NCBI GenBank assembly: GCA_030704615.1
Contig: CM060733.1
Span: 64,914,001-64,978,000 of the forward strand
Length of the DNA: 64,000 nt
DNA from: Takakia lepidozioides
Taxonomy: Eukaryota > Plantae > Bryophyta
Direction: 5' to 3'
The notes under the pieces are model-generated. The model searched no databases. It had not been told where the DNA came from and worked only from the letters and a program-made list of their open reading frames with translations. The position numbers and the translations under genes are program-made. This document shows, one piece after another, positions 14,023 through 27,315 of this stretch; the first letter of the stretch is position 1; the number at the start of each line of letters is the position of its first letter.

Positions 14023-17000
14023 TCACTCGTATTCCGGGTTCTCCTCCGCATCAATGTCCACTGTGTCTTCCTCGGACTCCGACGAATCCGAGGAGACTTC
14101 CGCTCTGTCGGGAGCCTTAACATTCCGTTGCAGCCCTTCCAGATGGGATCCCCACACGGATGAATCCTCCTCGTAGGCAAAGAGGTGCCGGTCGGAAAAA
14201 CCGCCTAGCCCACATTGAGGCACCTGTTACAATGCCATCCACACATTACAACATCGCGCTTCAGATGTTGCGAACTACATCCTAACGAGAATTTGCAGAA
14301 CAGCATAGATCAAGATTCTGCATACCTGTCCCACAGATGAGGTCGAGCACTGTGCCCTCCACGTCTGTGCATGTCTCCATAATTGTCTGAATGAAGGCAG
14401 GGCTCCGAGTCCGTGAGTACCGCAGGGGTTCCGTTGAAGTGAGGCTATGAGGGAGAAGTTCCTTGGGAACGTTGTTGAACAGAACGTCGTAATCGAGGGG
14501 GTCGCAGTTCGGGTCAACCTTTCCTCCCTCCTTCCGGAAAGCAAAGGTGGAGTTCTCCTTCACAAAGCAGTATGCATCGAACTGCTTCGTCTGCATACAC
14601 AGGGGGGAACGATTAGAAACCGAATGCGGCACCGCATTTGAAAACACCCAAGCAAATGAATGGACGAGTGCCAGTGTCATAATCACCTTCTTCCCTTCCG
14701 ACCGAAGGCCCAGTGTGTTGATGCACGTCCACTTCTTTTTCAGAATCGGGACGGCGCTCTTGCGGGTCCACTTCGCAATTCCTGTCTGAGTGTTTTTTCC
14801 TCTGCTCGCTAGGACAACCACACAGCCTCTGTCGTCCAACACCATGCGGGCAAGCCCGAATCCTTTCTTCCAAAAGTCCTCCGAGTACCTGTTCCAAGAT
14901 GGCAAAGCTTGCAGTCCTTCCACAGGCTCTCCGTCTGGAATATCCAAGATGATCATATCGCAAGACCACTCAGTGGCATTTCCGCCCCTCCTACAATCCT
15001 TGTCTGCACACACCCTCTCAAAGAACGAGACCATATTCTGAAATCCTGGGGTGTCGGAAGGCTCTTCGGCAGTCGCCTTCTTCAGTGCTCTGCCCTTCAG
15101 ACCCTCCATGGTCTTCATGTATGCCAACTTGGCTGCCCATCCATCCAAAGCCGCCAAGAAACTCTCATTTACACACTGGACTACTGTTTCGGGAGCCACT
15201 TTCGGCCTCTTCATTTCCACCGGCTCGAAAGGGTGCCCCCCTGGGGGGTTGAAGAGTGCCTTCTTTGCCGAGCCAGTTCTCGTGCCTCTCGTGACAACGG
15301 TGGGCACATGGGAGGCAGCCTGCGTTTGGGGGGGTGGGCTGGTTGCAAAGTCTCCATCGGAGTCCTCTTCCTCACCCTCTTCCTGAACAGGCTGTTTCTG
15401 CTTCTTCGTTTTGGCGGGTGTCACAACAGCTGCTCCTTGCTGGCGAGTCCTCTTCTTTGACCCCTTCTGTTGGGCCTGCACAGTTGCATCCACCGTCATT
15501 TGTGCCATCTCAGCTGCCTTTCTGGATTCTTCCAGAGCAGCAGATTCCTTTGCCGACTTTGGCCCAGCAGGGACACGTTTCCTTTCTCTTCTCTTTCTGC
15601 CAAGGCGTGCAGATCTTTCTCAGACTCGTCAACAATACCGCCAGACATATCCAGGTACCAGGGGCATCCAACGAGATGCGCGGGATGCCATTGTTTCTGC
15701 ATCTCGGGTGTGTAGACACAGCTTGGGCCCGCCACGGTCCAAGCCATGAAGAACGGGGGCTCTTGAGCCAGGGCCCCTGTCTGAAGGAGCATGTATTTCA
15801 TATACCTGCAAGGCAGTCAGCATGCGTGAGCATAAGATTGGACAAACCTACTCGCAGAGTGCCACCAAAAACATAAAATGCGAATGCGGTGCCGCATTTC
15901 CGAGACAAACCTCGTAACCAGGCTTCGCATACAAGGGCAGCTGTGCTTCACCTGTAAACAATTCGCATTGCAGCTTTCCCCGCTCCCTCCTGGTGTGTAA
16001 ACTCCACGCTCCTTCTTGCTGTCTGTAGCTCTCTGGCGAAAAGGTTGTCCTTGTACGCACATCTGAAACGTGTCACGTAGTCTTCCAATGTCTGTGTTCC
16101 ATCCCATTTGACGTACAAGCCGAACGAATTTGTGTGCATTACGACTTGCTCCTTCGCATTCAACATTACCTGCGATTCCCAAATGCATTGTCACGTAGCA
16201 GTTCAGGGAATTCATTTCAGAAAAGCAAATCTGGGGAAGTACCTTGAATTACCTGGAACCACCAAGTCATGCGTTGAGCCACACATCCACTGCAGGGTCG
16301 GAAACTTCGAGTGGAAAAGACCACATTGTCCTTATGCTCTCGGATGCATTCCAGATCGACAGCCATCGTGTCTGCCATTTCCGATCCAATGTCAGGAGCT
16401 GGAAGAGGGTGGCTATTGCTAGGAAGGAACTTCAGTGCATTGAAACCTCACCTTCTCTTTCGCCTCAACACATGCCGTTGAGAGGTGATGCAGTTTCTCC
16501 AATTGCATGGTCGGGCTGCATGGCCCGAGAATAGTGTTTTGCAATCTCGGGGATGAAGTCCTTTCCAAGTGCCGGATCTGCAATTGCCACCAGCTTCACA
16601 AGCTTTGACTTGTATTTGGTTCTGGACTTGACACCGGCTTCCTTCAAGTGCTCAGTCAATGACTGCATCGTTTTCACCTGCCCCTCACTTTCCATGAAGA
16701 AGCGTTTGGCATGGGCCAAATCCAGCTTGATGTTTGACTGCCAACAAAAACATGCAGAAGCGTTACATTCGATTCATGTGGAAAGATTACTGGAAATTGG
16801 GGAGGATGAGCAGAGGGAAATTGGAGGACGACTTACTTCGTATATCACCTCCACCATTCCATCCATAGTGAGACGATACCATGTTCGGTCCGTTTTTGCA
16901 ACGGCTTTCTGAATCAGCTCGGGCTCCAGCATTTCCGCAAACATCTGGGATCAGTGAGACCAGTTTTCCTCACCCTGTACAGCATATGTGCCATGTGGGT

Positions 17001-18159
17001 ATGCACGTACGCATTCTCAGTGACCCTGCAAGGCACACTCTCCAGTTCAATACACGGAAGCACGGAAACAAACCAGAATGGAAACCGAAAATGCGGCACC
17101 GCATTTCGAAACGTGCTAGGGAGGGTATGAGTATCTTACGAGTTGAGGTCCGCCATGGCATTCTTGAGCAGGGAGGAGTCTGCCGCCTTCACCTTGAGGA
17201 TGACACCACTCCACCATGTAATGCCAGCCAATGTGCTTGGCATGGTTCTGCTTGATGTACTCCCACCAGGCAAGAAATCGGTGATTCCCGTCCCACACAA
17301 AGAACATTTTACCCGACATATGGCCGAAGTCTGGATCACCCTTCAGCGTCGCCTTGAATTCGTCGTTGCGCGTGTGCCAGTGGGTATCCCACGTTGACAA
17401 TTCATCGGCAGTGGGTCCACGAGTTTCGCCGTCCTCATTCTCAAGGGAAACGTAAAATGCTGCGATCCGAGACGGTACCCTTCTCGAAAAGCGAACTTGA
17501 GCTTATCCACATTCCGGGAAGGGCCTGCCTGACGATGGGAAGGGAGACCATGCGACAGAGTGGATTCAAAGAGTCCGCTGGAATACCCTGCTGCCCAGAA
17601 CTCTGCCAATGCTACTGTGTGTCTCCTCCATTGCCTTCGCTACAGCAGAGACGGCCCCAACATCTGCAGGCGGGAAATCCTCCAGGAACTGAGCTTCAGC
17701 TCGTGGAAGCGGTTTTGCGAGAGATTGTTTGGCTGTCGCCCTGATTGCCTTCTGCTTCCTCATCCTTGCAGGTGAAGGTGTCTGCTGCAATTGAATCTGT
17801 CTTTTATCCTGCTGCTTCATTCGCGTTGGTGGGGGGGAAATGGCCTGAGCCGGTTCAGAAACCAGTAGGGGGACGGGTTGCTTCTTCTCGACTTGGCTGG
17901 AGAAGGGCCCGACCCCTGCTGGCGATTCTCCATGACCGGAGAACGAGTCAGTCGTCGATCTCTGGGGCTTTGAACTTGCCCTTCGAAACAGCGTCTTTGA
18001 AACACACAGGCTAGGCCCGGCATAATACCCGCGGCTCGGGGATCGGGGTGGGGTACGTGCTGCAGCTAGCTCCACGGACTCTTCCTGCGGCTCTTCGGAT
18101 TCCTGCGATCCCTCTAGCACGTCCACCTTTCCTGTTAGGCATGCAAACATGTTCTGCAT
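14023..18159 (-). pseudogene. Multi-exon gene encoding a ParB/Srx-like N-terminal domain and a C-terminal permuted (beta-class) N6A/N4C DNA methyltransferase-like domain; copy 1, frameshifted
   Basis: FFVWDGNHR at ~17278-17292; CDMIILDIPDG...ARMVLDDRGCVVV (motif IV-like, ~14930-14965); RSPAFIQTIMETCTDVEGTVLDLICGT|GASMWA...RHLFAYEED (motifs X-I-II across an intron at ~14224-14325); several GT-AG introns. Confidence 0.75.
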
Positions 18160-18583
18160 TCAAGTCTCCTAGCATTCAGTCTAAGAATTACAGAAGCAAA
18201 ATGGGGGGTTCGGTGGTGCTCGATCAGCTGCGCGCAGCCCGATCGCATGGAGCTCTCACTGGTGGTGGTGGGTTGCCAAAGTGGCCTGCTGCTTGGGGAC
18301 TAAGGAGACACGACAAAAGTAGATGAAACGGCGGTGATGCACCACTTGGGTTCGAAAGGGTTGGACGAAAGTGTCTCCTCGTGGCTTTGCGTCATTACGA
18401 AATTCGAATCGTCCAGGGTACGCCTGCCGTTCGAAAAACAAACATCATTATCCAACGGTCAGGCTGCGCCGCCTCATGCCACTTCAACCAGATAGAGTGC
18501 AGAATGTGCGCAATTACGTTGCTCCACGTGTTTCACATTTCAAGGCATTTCCGTCCAGCGTCTGATGAGTGGAGTGAAAATGC

Positions 18584-18990
18584 GAATGCGCGCGCCGCAT
18601 TTCCGTTAAGTACCATCACGAAGCTACACATCCGTACTTGTGGAAGAACAAAATGCGGCACCGCATTTCCATTCTACCTTCACATACCTTAGTTGTTGAA
18701 CGGAAATACGGTTGCCGCATTTCCGTCCCACAACTCATGTATGAGATACAAAAGGGAAATGCGGGCGCCGCATTTCCGTTCTAGAATGTCGGAAGGTGCG
18801 ACTCGGACGGAAATGCAGTGCAGCATTTCTGTTCCCGTTGTTCACGATTTTCAGTCTGAATGGAAATACGGGGGTACCGCATTTCCGTTCTGATAGAGTA
18901 TTGAGGTCTGACCTGGCGAAAATGCGCGTTGCCGCATTTTCGTTCACAGCTCCATGCCTCACATACAAAACGGAAATGCGGCATTTCCCT
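18584..18990. repeat. Short degraded copy of the AAATGCGG-YR-CCGCATTT palindrome array (about 8 units)
   Basis: Aligns with the start of the 30.1-30.8 kb array. Confidence 0.85.
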
Positions 18991-18999
18991 TTTGCCGAC

Positions 19000-19387
19000 A
19001 ATGTGTCTTCCAGCATGGGAAAGCCCAAGAAATTCCAGATCGCCGTCGCCTTCAACCGAGGATTTCGTGCGAGAAGAAATTCCACGCTCCCTTGCCCCAG
19101 ATTCCGCCCGCTGTTATGCAGTATGGCCAAGCCATTGTGGAGACGACTGTGTCTGCATCAAGTGGAGAATTGCTCGCACAAAGCCGTCGTTTCGAGGAAG
19201 GTGTCCGCAATTCGTGTGGATACACGGCAACGTTGGTTAGAGATGATAAGGAGGAATCCAGATGGGCTTGTCCCTGCGTGCTCCTACTTTACAGGAAGAT
19301 GTGGCCATGCAAAGTTTGCCGGAGGCGAAACCACCGCAGGTTCGGTCGAAGCACGACATTATGGACTGTGCGTGTATGGAAAAGCCC
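19000..19387 (+). pseudogene. Fragment of the Mutator-like transposase C-terminal region
   Basis: Matches ~35057-35441 (APLPQIPPAVMQYGQAIVETTVSAS) with many indels; runs into the gap. Confidence 0.85.
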
Positions 19388-19887
19388 NNNNNNNNNNNNN
19401 NNNNNNNNNNNNNNNNNNNNNNNNNNNNNNNNNNNNNNNNNNNNNNNNNNNNNNNNNNNNNNNNNNNNNNNNNNNNNNNNNNNNNNNNNNNNNNNNNNNN
19501 NNNNNNNNNNNNNNNNNNNNNNNNNNNNNNNNNNNNNNNNNNNNNNNNNNNNNNNNNNNNNNNNNNNNNNNNNNNNNNNNNNNNNNNNNNNNNNNNNNNN
19601 NNNNNNNNNNNNNNNNNNNNNNNNNNNNNNNNNNNNNNNNNNNNNNNNNNNNNNNNNNNNNNNNNNNNNNNNNNNNNNNNNNNNNNNNNNNNNNNNNNNN
19701 NNNNNNNNNNNNNNNNNNNNNNNNNNNNNNNNNNNNNNNNNNNNNNNNNNNNNNNNNNNNNNNNNNNNNNNNNNNNNNNNNNNNNNNNNNNNNNNNNNNN
19801 NNNNNNNNNNNNNNNNNNNNNNNNNNNNNNNNNNNNNNNNNNNNNNNNNNNNNNNNNNNNNNNNNNNNNNNNNNNNNNNNNNNNNNN
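19388..19887. other. Scaffold gap (500 N)
   Basis: N run. Confidence 1.
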
Positions 19888-22750
19888 GCCATTGGGATTA
19901 ATAAGAGGAGTTAAGATACAGATACAGAAAATGATCTTTATGATCACAGTAACTGTATTAAAAATGGATGAAGTCATGGAGGCTTACTCCTTATTATTGG
20001 GACGTCCGTGGCTGAAACAGGCCAGGGTATTCCATGACTGGAATTCTCAGTTACTAACCGTGCATAATGGGATACACGAGATACAAATTACCACAAAGAA
20101 ATCTAGTAGATTACCTGCTACAAGAAGACCTCGAGGAGTCAGAGAGTATGACTGGAGAGGAGGACTGGATGAGGAGCAGGAAGCTACCCTATTTGCTGCA
20201 CACCCAGAGTGGGAGCAGGTTGCGGAGATGCGGCTGGAAAGCCTAAGTTGTTTGAGAGGTATCTGCTGTGGTGTAGTGACAGCAACACCAACTGAAGAGG
20301 AAACCAGCATTTACCCATCACATTTCTATGAAGAAAGAGAAGGAGAAATAGAAATCCTAGAAGAACCAGCCACTGTGAGCTTACAGGTTGAAGTGGTGAC
20401 TGGTTGGACAATCACAGCTGATGAGCAGGTGAGAGAAGTAAATGTGGGAACTAAAGAGGAACCGAGGATGGTGAAAGTAGGAGCTGATTTGGAGCCGGAA
20501 TTCTTCGAAGAAGCTAAAATCTTGTTCATCAAATACAGAGATGTATTTGCTTGGAGCTATGAGGATCTAAAAGGGATACCACCTGAAGTCTGTCAGCATA
20601 AGATTGAACTGGAACCAGGGTCAGTACCAATCAAGCAGGCGAGATGCAGGATGAGAGGTCTGGGCCTGAATCCAGAGAAGTGTACTTTCTGTGTGAACTC
20701 AGGGGTGCTTCTGGGACACATTGTGTGTAAGAAGGGACTCCTTGTGGATCCCAGAAAGACAGAGTCCATTAAAGCCTCTCCACCACCAGTGAATGTTAAA
20801 AGTCTACGAAGATTCCTTGGGCAAACCAGTTATTACAGGAGATTTGTCAAAAGGTATGCACAAATAGCAGCACCATTGAGCAAACTACTGAAGAAAGATG
20901 CAGTGTTTGCCTGGACAGCGGAATGTCAACAGGCATTTGAGGAACTTACACTGTCAGTAACAACTACACCTGTGCTGATTAACCCTCACTGGCATGTAGT
21001 ATTCCATGTTCACTGCGATGCATCAGGAGAAGCGTTGGGAGCGGTGTTAGCCCAGAATGTTACAGGGAATATAGATTCACCTGTGTACTATGCTAGCCGG
21101 TTGATGAACAGTGCTGAGAGGAACTATAGCACAACGGAAAGAGAAGCATTGGCAATGATCTATGCAGTGAAGAAATTCAGGCATTACCTGTTGGGCAAGA
21201 AGTTTATGTTCTATGTGGATCACCAGGCTCTGATATACCTGGTAAACAAACCTCTGATAAGCGGAAGAATAGCAAGATGGTTGATAATCTTGCACGAGTT
21301 TGAGTTCGAGGTTGTTTAAAAGCCTGGAAGACTGCATCTTGTGGCGGATCATTTGTCACGATTGTCAACAGGAGAACCAGCCACAGGAATAGATGATCAA
21401 TTACCAGATGTGAGTCTCTTTGCAGTGGAGGTGCAGGGAAGTGCAGATGACTGGTTAGATTGGCAGTGGCCAATCAGATACTACCTTGTTCATGGTCAGT
21501 GCCCACCTAGTTATGGTAAGGAGCAGAGGAAGAGAATCGCTATCAAAGCTTTACCTTATACTATGGTAGGAAGCGGAATGTATAAGTTAGGACCTGATGG
21601 AGTACTAAAACGATGCTTGTACCACCATGAAGTGAATAAAGTTTTGGCGGAAGTTCATAAAGGAGTGGCGGGAGGTCATTTTGGAGAAGAGACTACCAGT
21701 AGAAAGATACTACTCGCAGGATACTGGTGGCCTACTTTGTTCAAAGATGTACACGAGTATTGTCAGAAGTGTGATGAATGTCAGAGGCTAGGACCTTTGC
21801 AGAGATCTGGAAGGATGGCCTTGCATCCTACAATGCCTACGGAACCATTTCAGAAATGGGGACTAGACTTTGTTGGACCAATTAACCCACCATCCAAGAA
21901 TACACGAAACAGGTACATAATTACAGCCACTGATTATACTACAAAGTGGGTGGAAGCTAAAGCTTTGAGGGACAACACAGCCAAGTCCACAGCAAGGTTC
22001 CTGTACGAGAACATACTTACACGATTTGGCTGTCCCTTAGAATTTATCAGTGATCAAGGAAGTCACTTCATGAATGCGACCATTGAGTTGTTGACTAAAG
22101 AGTTTATGATTGTGCATAGAAAGAGTACAACATATTACCCACAGGGTAATGGGCAGGCAGAGGCTACCAACAAAATACTATGTACTATCTTGGCTAAGAT
22201 AGTCAATGCAAACAGAACGGATTGGGATACAAAGCTGCTGACAGCTTTGTGGTCATACAGGACTTCATATAAAGTCACCACTAACTATACACCATTCCAA
22301 TTAGTTTATGGTATGGAAGCCTTACTTCCAGTGGAATTCCTGTTACCTACCATGAGAACGGAGTGGGGAAAGAGAATGGAATTGCAAGACTCCATCGAGG
22401 TCAGGAAACATGAATTATACCATGTGGAAGAAGTACGTGCTGATGCAGCTCATAATATGACCAGAATTCAGATGAAGCGAAAGGAACAGTTTAATGAAGG
22501 CAAGTTAAAGACTTTTAAGACGGGGGATTTGGTTCTATGGTTGCAGAAGAAAGGAAAGATTCAAGCTTCTAAGCTTAAATCACCGTGGAAAGGACCTTAT
22601 GTCATACAAAAGATGTATGATAACAACACCGCCATAATACAAACCATTAACAAAGAAATGCTGGGAAGAGTCAATGCAAATAAGTTGAAGGGGTACAATG
22701 GTATCCATGACAAACCCTTGCAGCATGATTTGCATGTTGAACCGCAAGAG
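19888..22750 (+). pseudogene. pol (PR, RT with internal deletion, RNase H, integrase)
   Basis: ORFs 19888-21319 and 21341 onward; in-frame stop at 21317-21319; RT core deleted near 20640 relative to the copy at 44462-47206. Confidence 0.9.
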
Positions 22751-22840
22751 CAGTCACGGGCTGCACCAGTGTTACGAACGGAGTATAGAGCACTTGTCGC
22801 TAGGCCCAGCATATATGACCAGGGTGGGCAAAACAAACGT

Positions 22841-23050
22841 GACACAGCCTATCACAGCCCATCACGACGTGACACAACCTATCACAGCCCATCACAACGT
22901 GACACAGCCTATCACAGCCCAGCACGGCGCAACACAGCCTATCACAACCTACCACAGCGTGTCACAGCCTATCACAGCTTACCACAGTGCATCACAGCCT
23001 ATCACAGCGTAACACAGTATGACACAGCCTGTCACAGCTCAACACAGCCT
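22841..23050 (+). repeat. 10-bp-period minisatellite (NNCACAGCCT-like, about 21 units) after integrase
   Basis: GACACAGCCT ATCACAGCCC ATCACGACGT...; inverted copy at ~44292-44505. Confidence 0.9.
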
Positions 23051-23519
23051 ACTAAAGTTACACGATCCATAGAATCAGTGACAAGTGGACGCATAATAAC
23101 TTCAGGAAAATGGCTGACGGAAGAGGAAACGGAAATTACTTTAAAAATAGACACGTGGAGGTCAGGGCGCGACACACAACCGAGAAGGAAGTGCAAGAAC
23201 AGGTGTCAAAAAGAAAGAGGACAAGAACGGCCGTCAAAAGGTATGAAAGGCGGACCCATTAATGAGTACGGAAAAAGGGAAACGGAACGAACGGCAAGTA
23301 CAGAAAAGCGGAATTCTTGTCACATGTGTGATCCTAGTGGACTATCCAACAGGGAAAGTCCACTAAAGAAGATAAAATCTAAAATCCAGTCACAGCGGAT
23401 ACAGCCAATAGAAAACCAGAGAAATGATCAAGAAAATGGAGGGAAATTGAGCGCAAGAGGCGGCGTCGTTCTGAGTAACGGGCGTCTCGACAGGACAGAC
23501 CATCAATGCTATACCTTGG

Positions 23520-26500
23520 AAACTATGGAGGAACTAACAGACTATACGCTCGCAATATTACTTACGCAGTGGCATAGACACGAAAGGACAGAGCAGAGCT
23601 TTTCTCTTGAGCGATGCTTGCAAGCCCCGCAGGCTTACAAGAAATTACCCATAGCTTTCTGCGGCAACCATACGTTTATGCTTTGTGCACTACAGGCATT
23701 CCTACAAACAGTTCGGTGAGTCTAAAATGAAGAGAGTGAGAGGCATGGAGGAAATCAGGGTGAAGAGCACCACGATTCTGCAGAAACAAACAATTGCTAC
23801 CCCACAGGCGATATAGATACTGGAGGAGCTGAGATTGCAAGGATTGCAAAGCCTAGATTGGACACTACACCATAGACAGTACATGTTACAATTTTTGCAG
23901 AACTTTGAGCCAAGGACAAGAACAACAACGGTGAAGGGAGTTGAATTAATGATTACTCCCCTATACCTCCAGCAATTGTTTCGATTGCCAGCAGGTGAGG
24001 TGCATGTGGAGAAACACAGGGCAAGACTGCAAATAGGGGACTTATTCCAAGAAGGGAGTTTCTTTAAAACTTAGGGTTATGCTTGTACCAAGGCTGTGTA
24101 CCCAGGGTTAAAAGAGGTAGGCCAGGTATTGAACGTTCTGATTGCCATGAAACAGAACCAACAGTATTTGAGCAGATCCTTCACGGAGGAAATACTCAAA
24201 GGCCTGAAGGGACAAGAGGTACAATGGGCGGACATAATGTACAACGCACTGGTAGAGGAGATGAAAAGATTACAAGGTACTACCGCAAAGTCTCCTATCA
24301 TAGTGTCTGGCCCAATCATTGCTCAAATAATCCTTGATTCTGGCATACTTGATGCACAAGAAAGGAAGGAAATGGGAGTGTTTGAGCCAGAAACAACTGC
24401 AATGGAAGAGCAAGGCTCTTCACACAGTGAGGGTGGACTGGCAGGGCAACCCGAGACTAAGAGGCAGAGACGGGGAAAGACTGTAGTGGCGGATCCACTG
24501 GCTTCACGGATTCCGCATGATAATGTTTCCCAAGCTCATGGCCAGGAAGGGGCACAGCAGCACAGAGAAATGCTATTACTGGAAGTAGGACCTTCAGAGA
24601 GGGAGGAGGAAGTTACTTCTGCATCACAACCATCACAGCCACCTGAACGACTTGTCACAAGGTCACAAGTTATCCATGCAGCTCAACCAAAAATAATTGA
24701 TTTGGAAAGTGAAGGGTTAGATATTCCAACTACAGAACAGATAGTGGCAGAAATAGAGAAGGGGGACCTTCTTTATGAATATTCTGGTCCGGTCAAGGAG
24801 ACAGAAATCCCAGAGGTGCAACAGTTGCCCAAGGAAATCCTGAGGTGCATATAATACACACACCTGTGTCGGAGGTACCACACGCGGAAGATCATGACAC
24901 TGTAGCACCGGTGATAGATGAAGTAGTTCAGGAAGAAAATCCGGTGGGACAATGGCCTGAATGGTTAGTGAGACATCACACTGTTAAAGATCAGGAGGAA
25001 CAGCAGCAACCTCACCATGATGACCCTCAACAGGCAATGCTGATGAGTTCCATAGGCAGGACACTTAATTTGTTGGGGACTTATGTCAAATCCCATGTTC
25101 CAATTACCCAATTGACAGCCTTGAAAGAAGAACTCAGGAAGGAGTTTGAGGCTCGACTAGCCACTGAGTGTGCAAACAAGGTCGATGAAGAGGTCACTCT
25201 CAAGATGAAGCAGGACTTGGGAAATACAGAAATGGCTTTGCAGTTGGCCAAGGAACAATTGATTGAGGCAGGCCTCGCGCAAGACCAGTTGCACGAAGCA
25301 CATAAGCAACAGCTATACCAAATGCAGGTGCAGCATGAAAGCAAGTTGCAAGAACTGAATGCACTACATACGGAGTTGCAGACAGTGCATAACAGGATGG
25401 TGATACAATGTGCTACATTCACAACTATGCTTGACCAATCTACAAAAGAAATAAACAGTCAAGCGGAAAAATGTACGAAGGCAGAAGAAGAGAATGTTGA
25501 GCAAATGAAGCTCATTGTCGATATGAAGAATACAATCTGTCGCAATGAAGATACTTTCAAGCAATACAGGCAGATTGAAGCTGATCAAGAGAAGCACATT
25601 GTGGAGTTGCAACAAACCATCATGGCCAATAGAAATGAAATCGCGGTCAATAACAAGGCTTGGAAGGAAGCCAATAATCTACTTGCTGCTTATGCGCAAT
25701 TGGTTGAACCTCAGGCGAAGCGCATGGAGGCTTTACAACAGCAGTTGGAATTGTACAAGCTAAGAGAGGAGCAAACTCTCAGGGGAACCACAAGCAACTT
25801 GGTGGATAACAGCCTTATGCAGGTCTGGTTAGCACAAGGGCCAGTAGAGGGCAAAACACCACGGAAGCTCACCCAAAGCGAGATGAATGAGCTCAGGCTG
25901 CAGGTGCAGAACATTGCCACAACTACTATAGACAATGTCTATAGTAGGATAGCAGAGTTACAAGAGGATGTAGACGGACTCCAGACTCAAGTGGAAGACC
26001 TCACTTCAAACATCGACCAAAGAGTCTATATCCCTCAGGAACAGCTAATGGCTTCTTATTTACAAGCCAGAACTTTGGCTTTTCAGTCTTCACAGGAGGT
26101 GCAGGAGATGCCAATGATACAAGAGCCAGTACCACCACCACCACAACAAGTCATTGTACCAGTAGCTGAACCTGTGGTTACTACAACCACACCACAGCCA
26201 CCACAGCCGGAGGTATGGGGCAATGCCGCTTTTAACCCACCTAAAACTCCAGCTGCAAGGGAGTACAGTAGGGCTATGATTATGCCCTTCAACCAAATTC
26301 CCATCATGTTGGATTTGGCTTGGAAAGAATTTAGTCCTCCGCAGTCATTCGCACATTACTACCAAATCATGCGTATTTGGCTGCCAGTGGCAACTAGGAC
26401 TAAAGTTCTTCCGAACAATCGACATATTGAAGATCATCACTTTGCACAATACTGGCACGAAGCAGGTACCATGTTGAGGGAATTGATTGATTTCTAGGTT

Positions 26501-27277
26501 GTACATGGACTCATTTATACCAAGACCAAGGAGATAGCAAGTATTGTCATGGGGTGCGGGTTATACTACGCTGCTTGTTTTCTGGTACGTTACCACATTG
26601 AGCAACAAAAGATGCAAACACGCTTTCTGAGTTATTCCAGTGGAGATCATTGGGTATTACCTTCGGTGCCACCTCATATGTACCTATATGACCCAAAAGT
26701 TATGATGCAAAAGGATTCTCAAATTCGTTCATGGTTTCAAGCGGCCTGGAACCATTTGTCAACACAGAAATTCGGCATTGATGACATTTTCTATAAGGGA
26801 CATGTGGCATGGAAATACTTGCACGCTGCACCAGTAATTGGTACCCCACTCACCTGGACAGACAAGGAGCTCAGTGTCTACACCAATTTTGCTGTTCAGC
26901 GGTTACACCAAGTTGTAAAATACAAACTTCCAGACATGGTAGGACAGCATTGTATGCCCCAGATGATTCCACAAAAAGTTCGAAAATTAAAACACCTGAG
27001 AGGCGATGAGGATTCTGATACAACTGTTTCTTCACCGAATTCTTTTGACATGGGAGAAGACTATGCAGTTCAGATGGCAGAGAAGAAGCGAAGGGGGTCT
27101 CCTATGCCGGAAAGGTTACCTCCATATCAGCCTCCAGAGGGCCTCACTTATCCAGGTAGTGATCAACCATCTCCGTCAACCAGAGACAGACCTCGGGCTC
27201 GTACACACAGTCCGCCACGAAACTCTCAACGTCAAGAAGGTGCTCACTCACAAAGGTTTACTAGTCGAAATCAGTAA
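23520..27277 (+). pseudogene. Sense-strand 3' accessory ORF(s) of Gypsy family B: putative plant-transposon (Transposase_32/env-like) domain plus long coiled coil
   Basis: QFLQNF...VKGVELMITPLYLQQLFRLPAG...QWADIMY...SGPIIAQI, then a Q/E-rich heptad region (24845-26497); stops and frameshifts differ from the second copy. Confidence 0.6.
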
Positions 27278-27315
27278 ACCGTGAGGACACGGCTTTTTGA
27301 GGGGGGAAGGGGTAA

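Noticed and set aside
12733-14176. Plus-strand ORFs (13081-13500, 13497-13727, 13838-14176) as a TnpA gene
   Set aside because: No recognisable motifs; the last is partly antisense to the MTase terminal exon. Left unannotated.
14023-18159. Bacterial or phage contamination as the source of the ParB-MTase gene
   Set aside because: The gene has GT-AG introns, a second copy carries a plant Gypsy insertion, and it is contiguous with CACTA sequence.
18796-19977. Long ORFs spanning the first N run (likewise 47800-48662)
   Set aside because: Artefacts of translating scaffold gaps.
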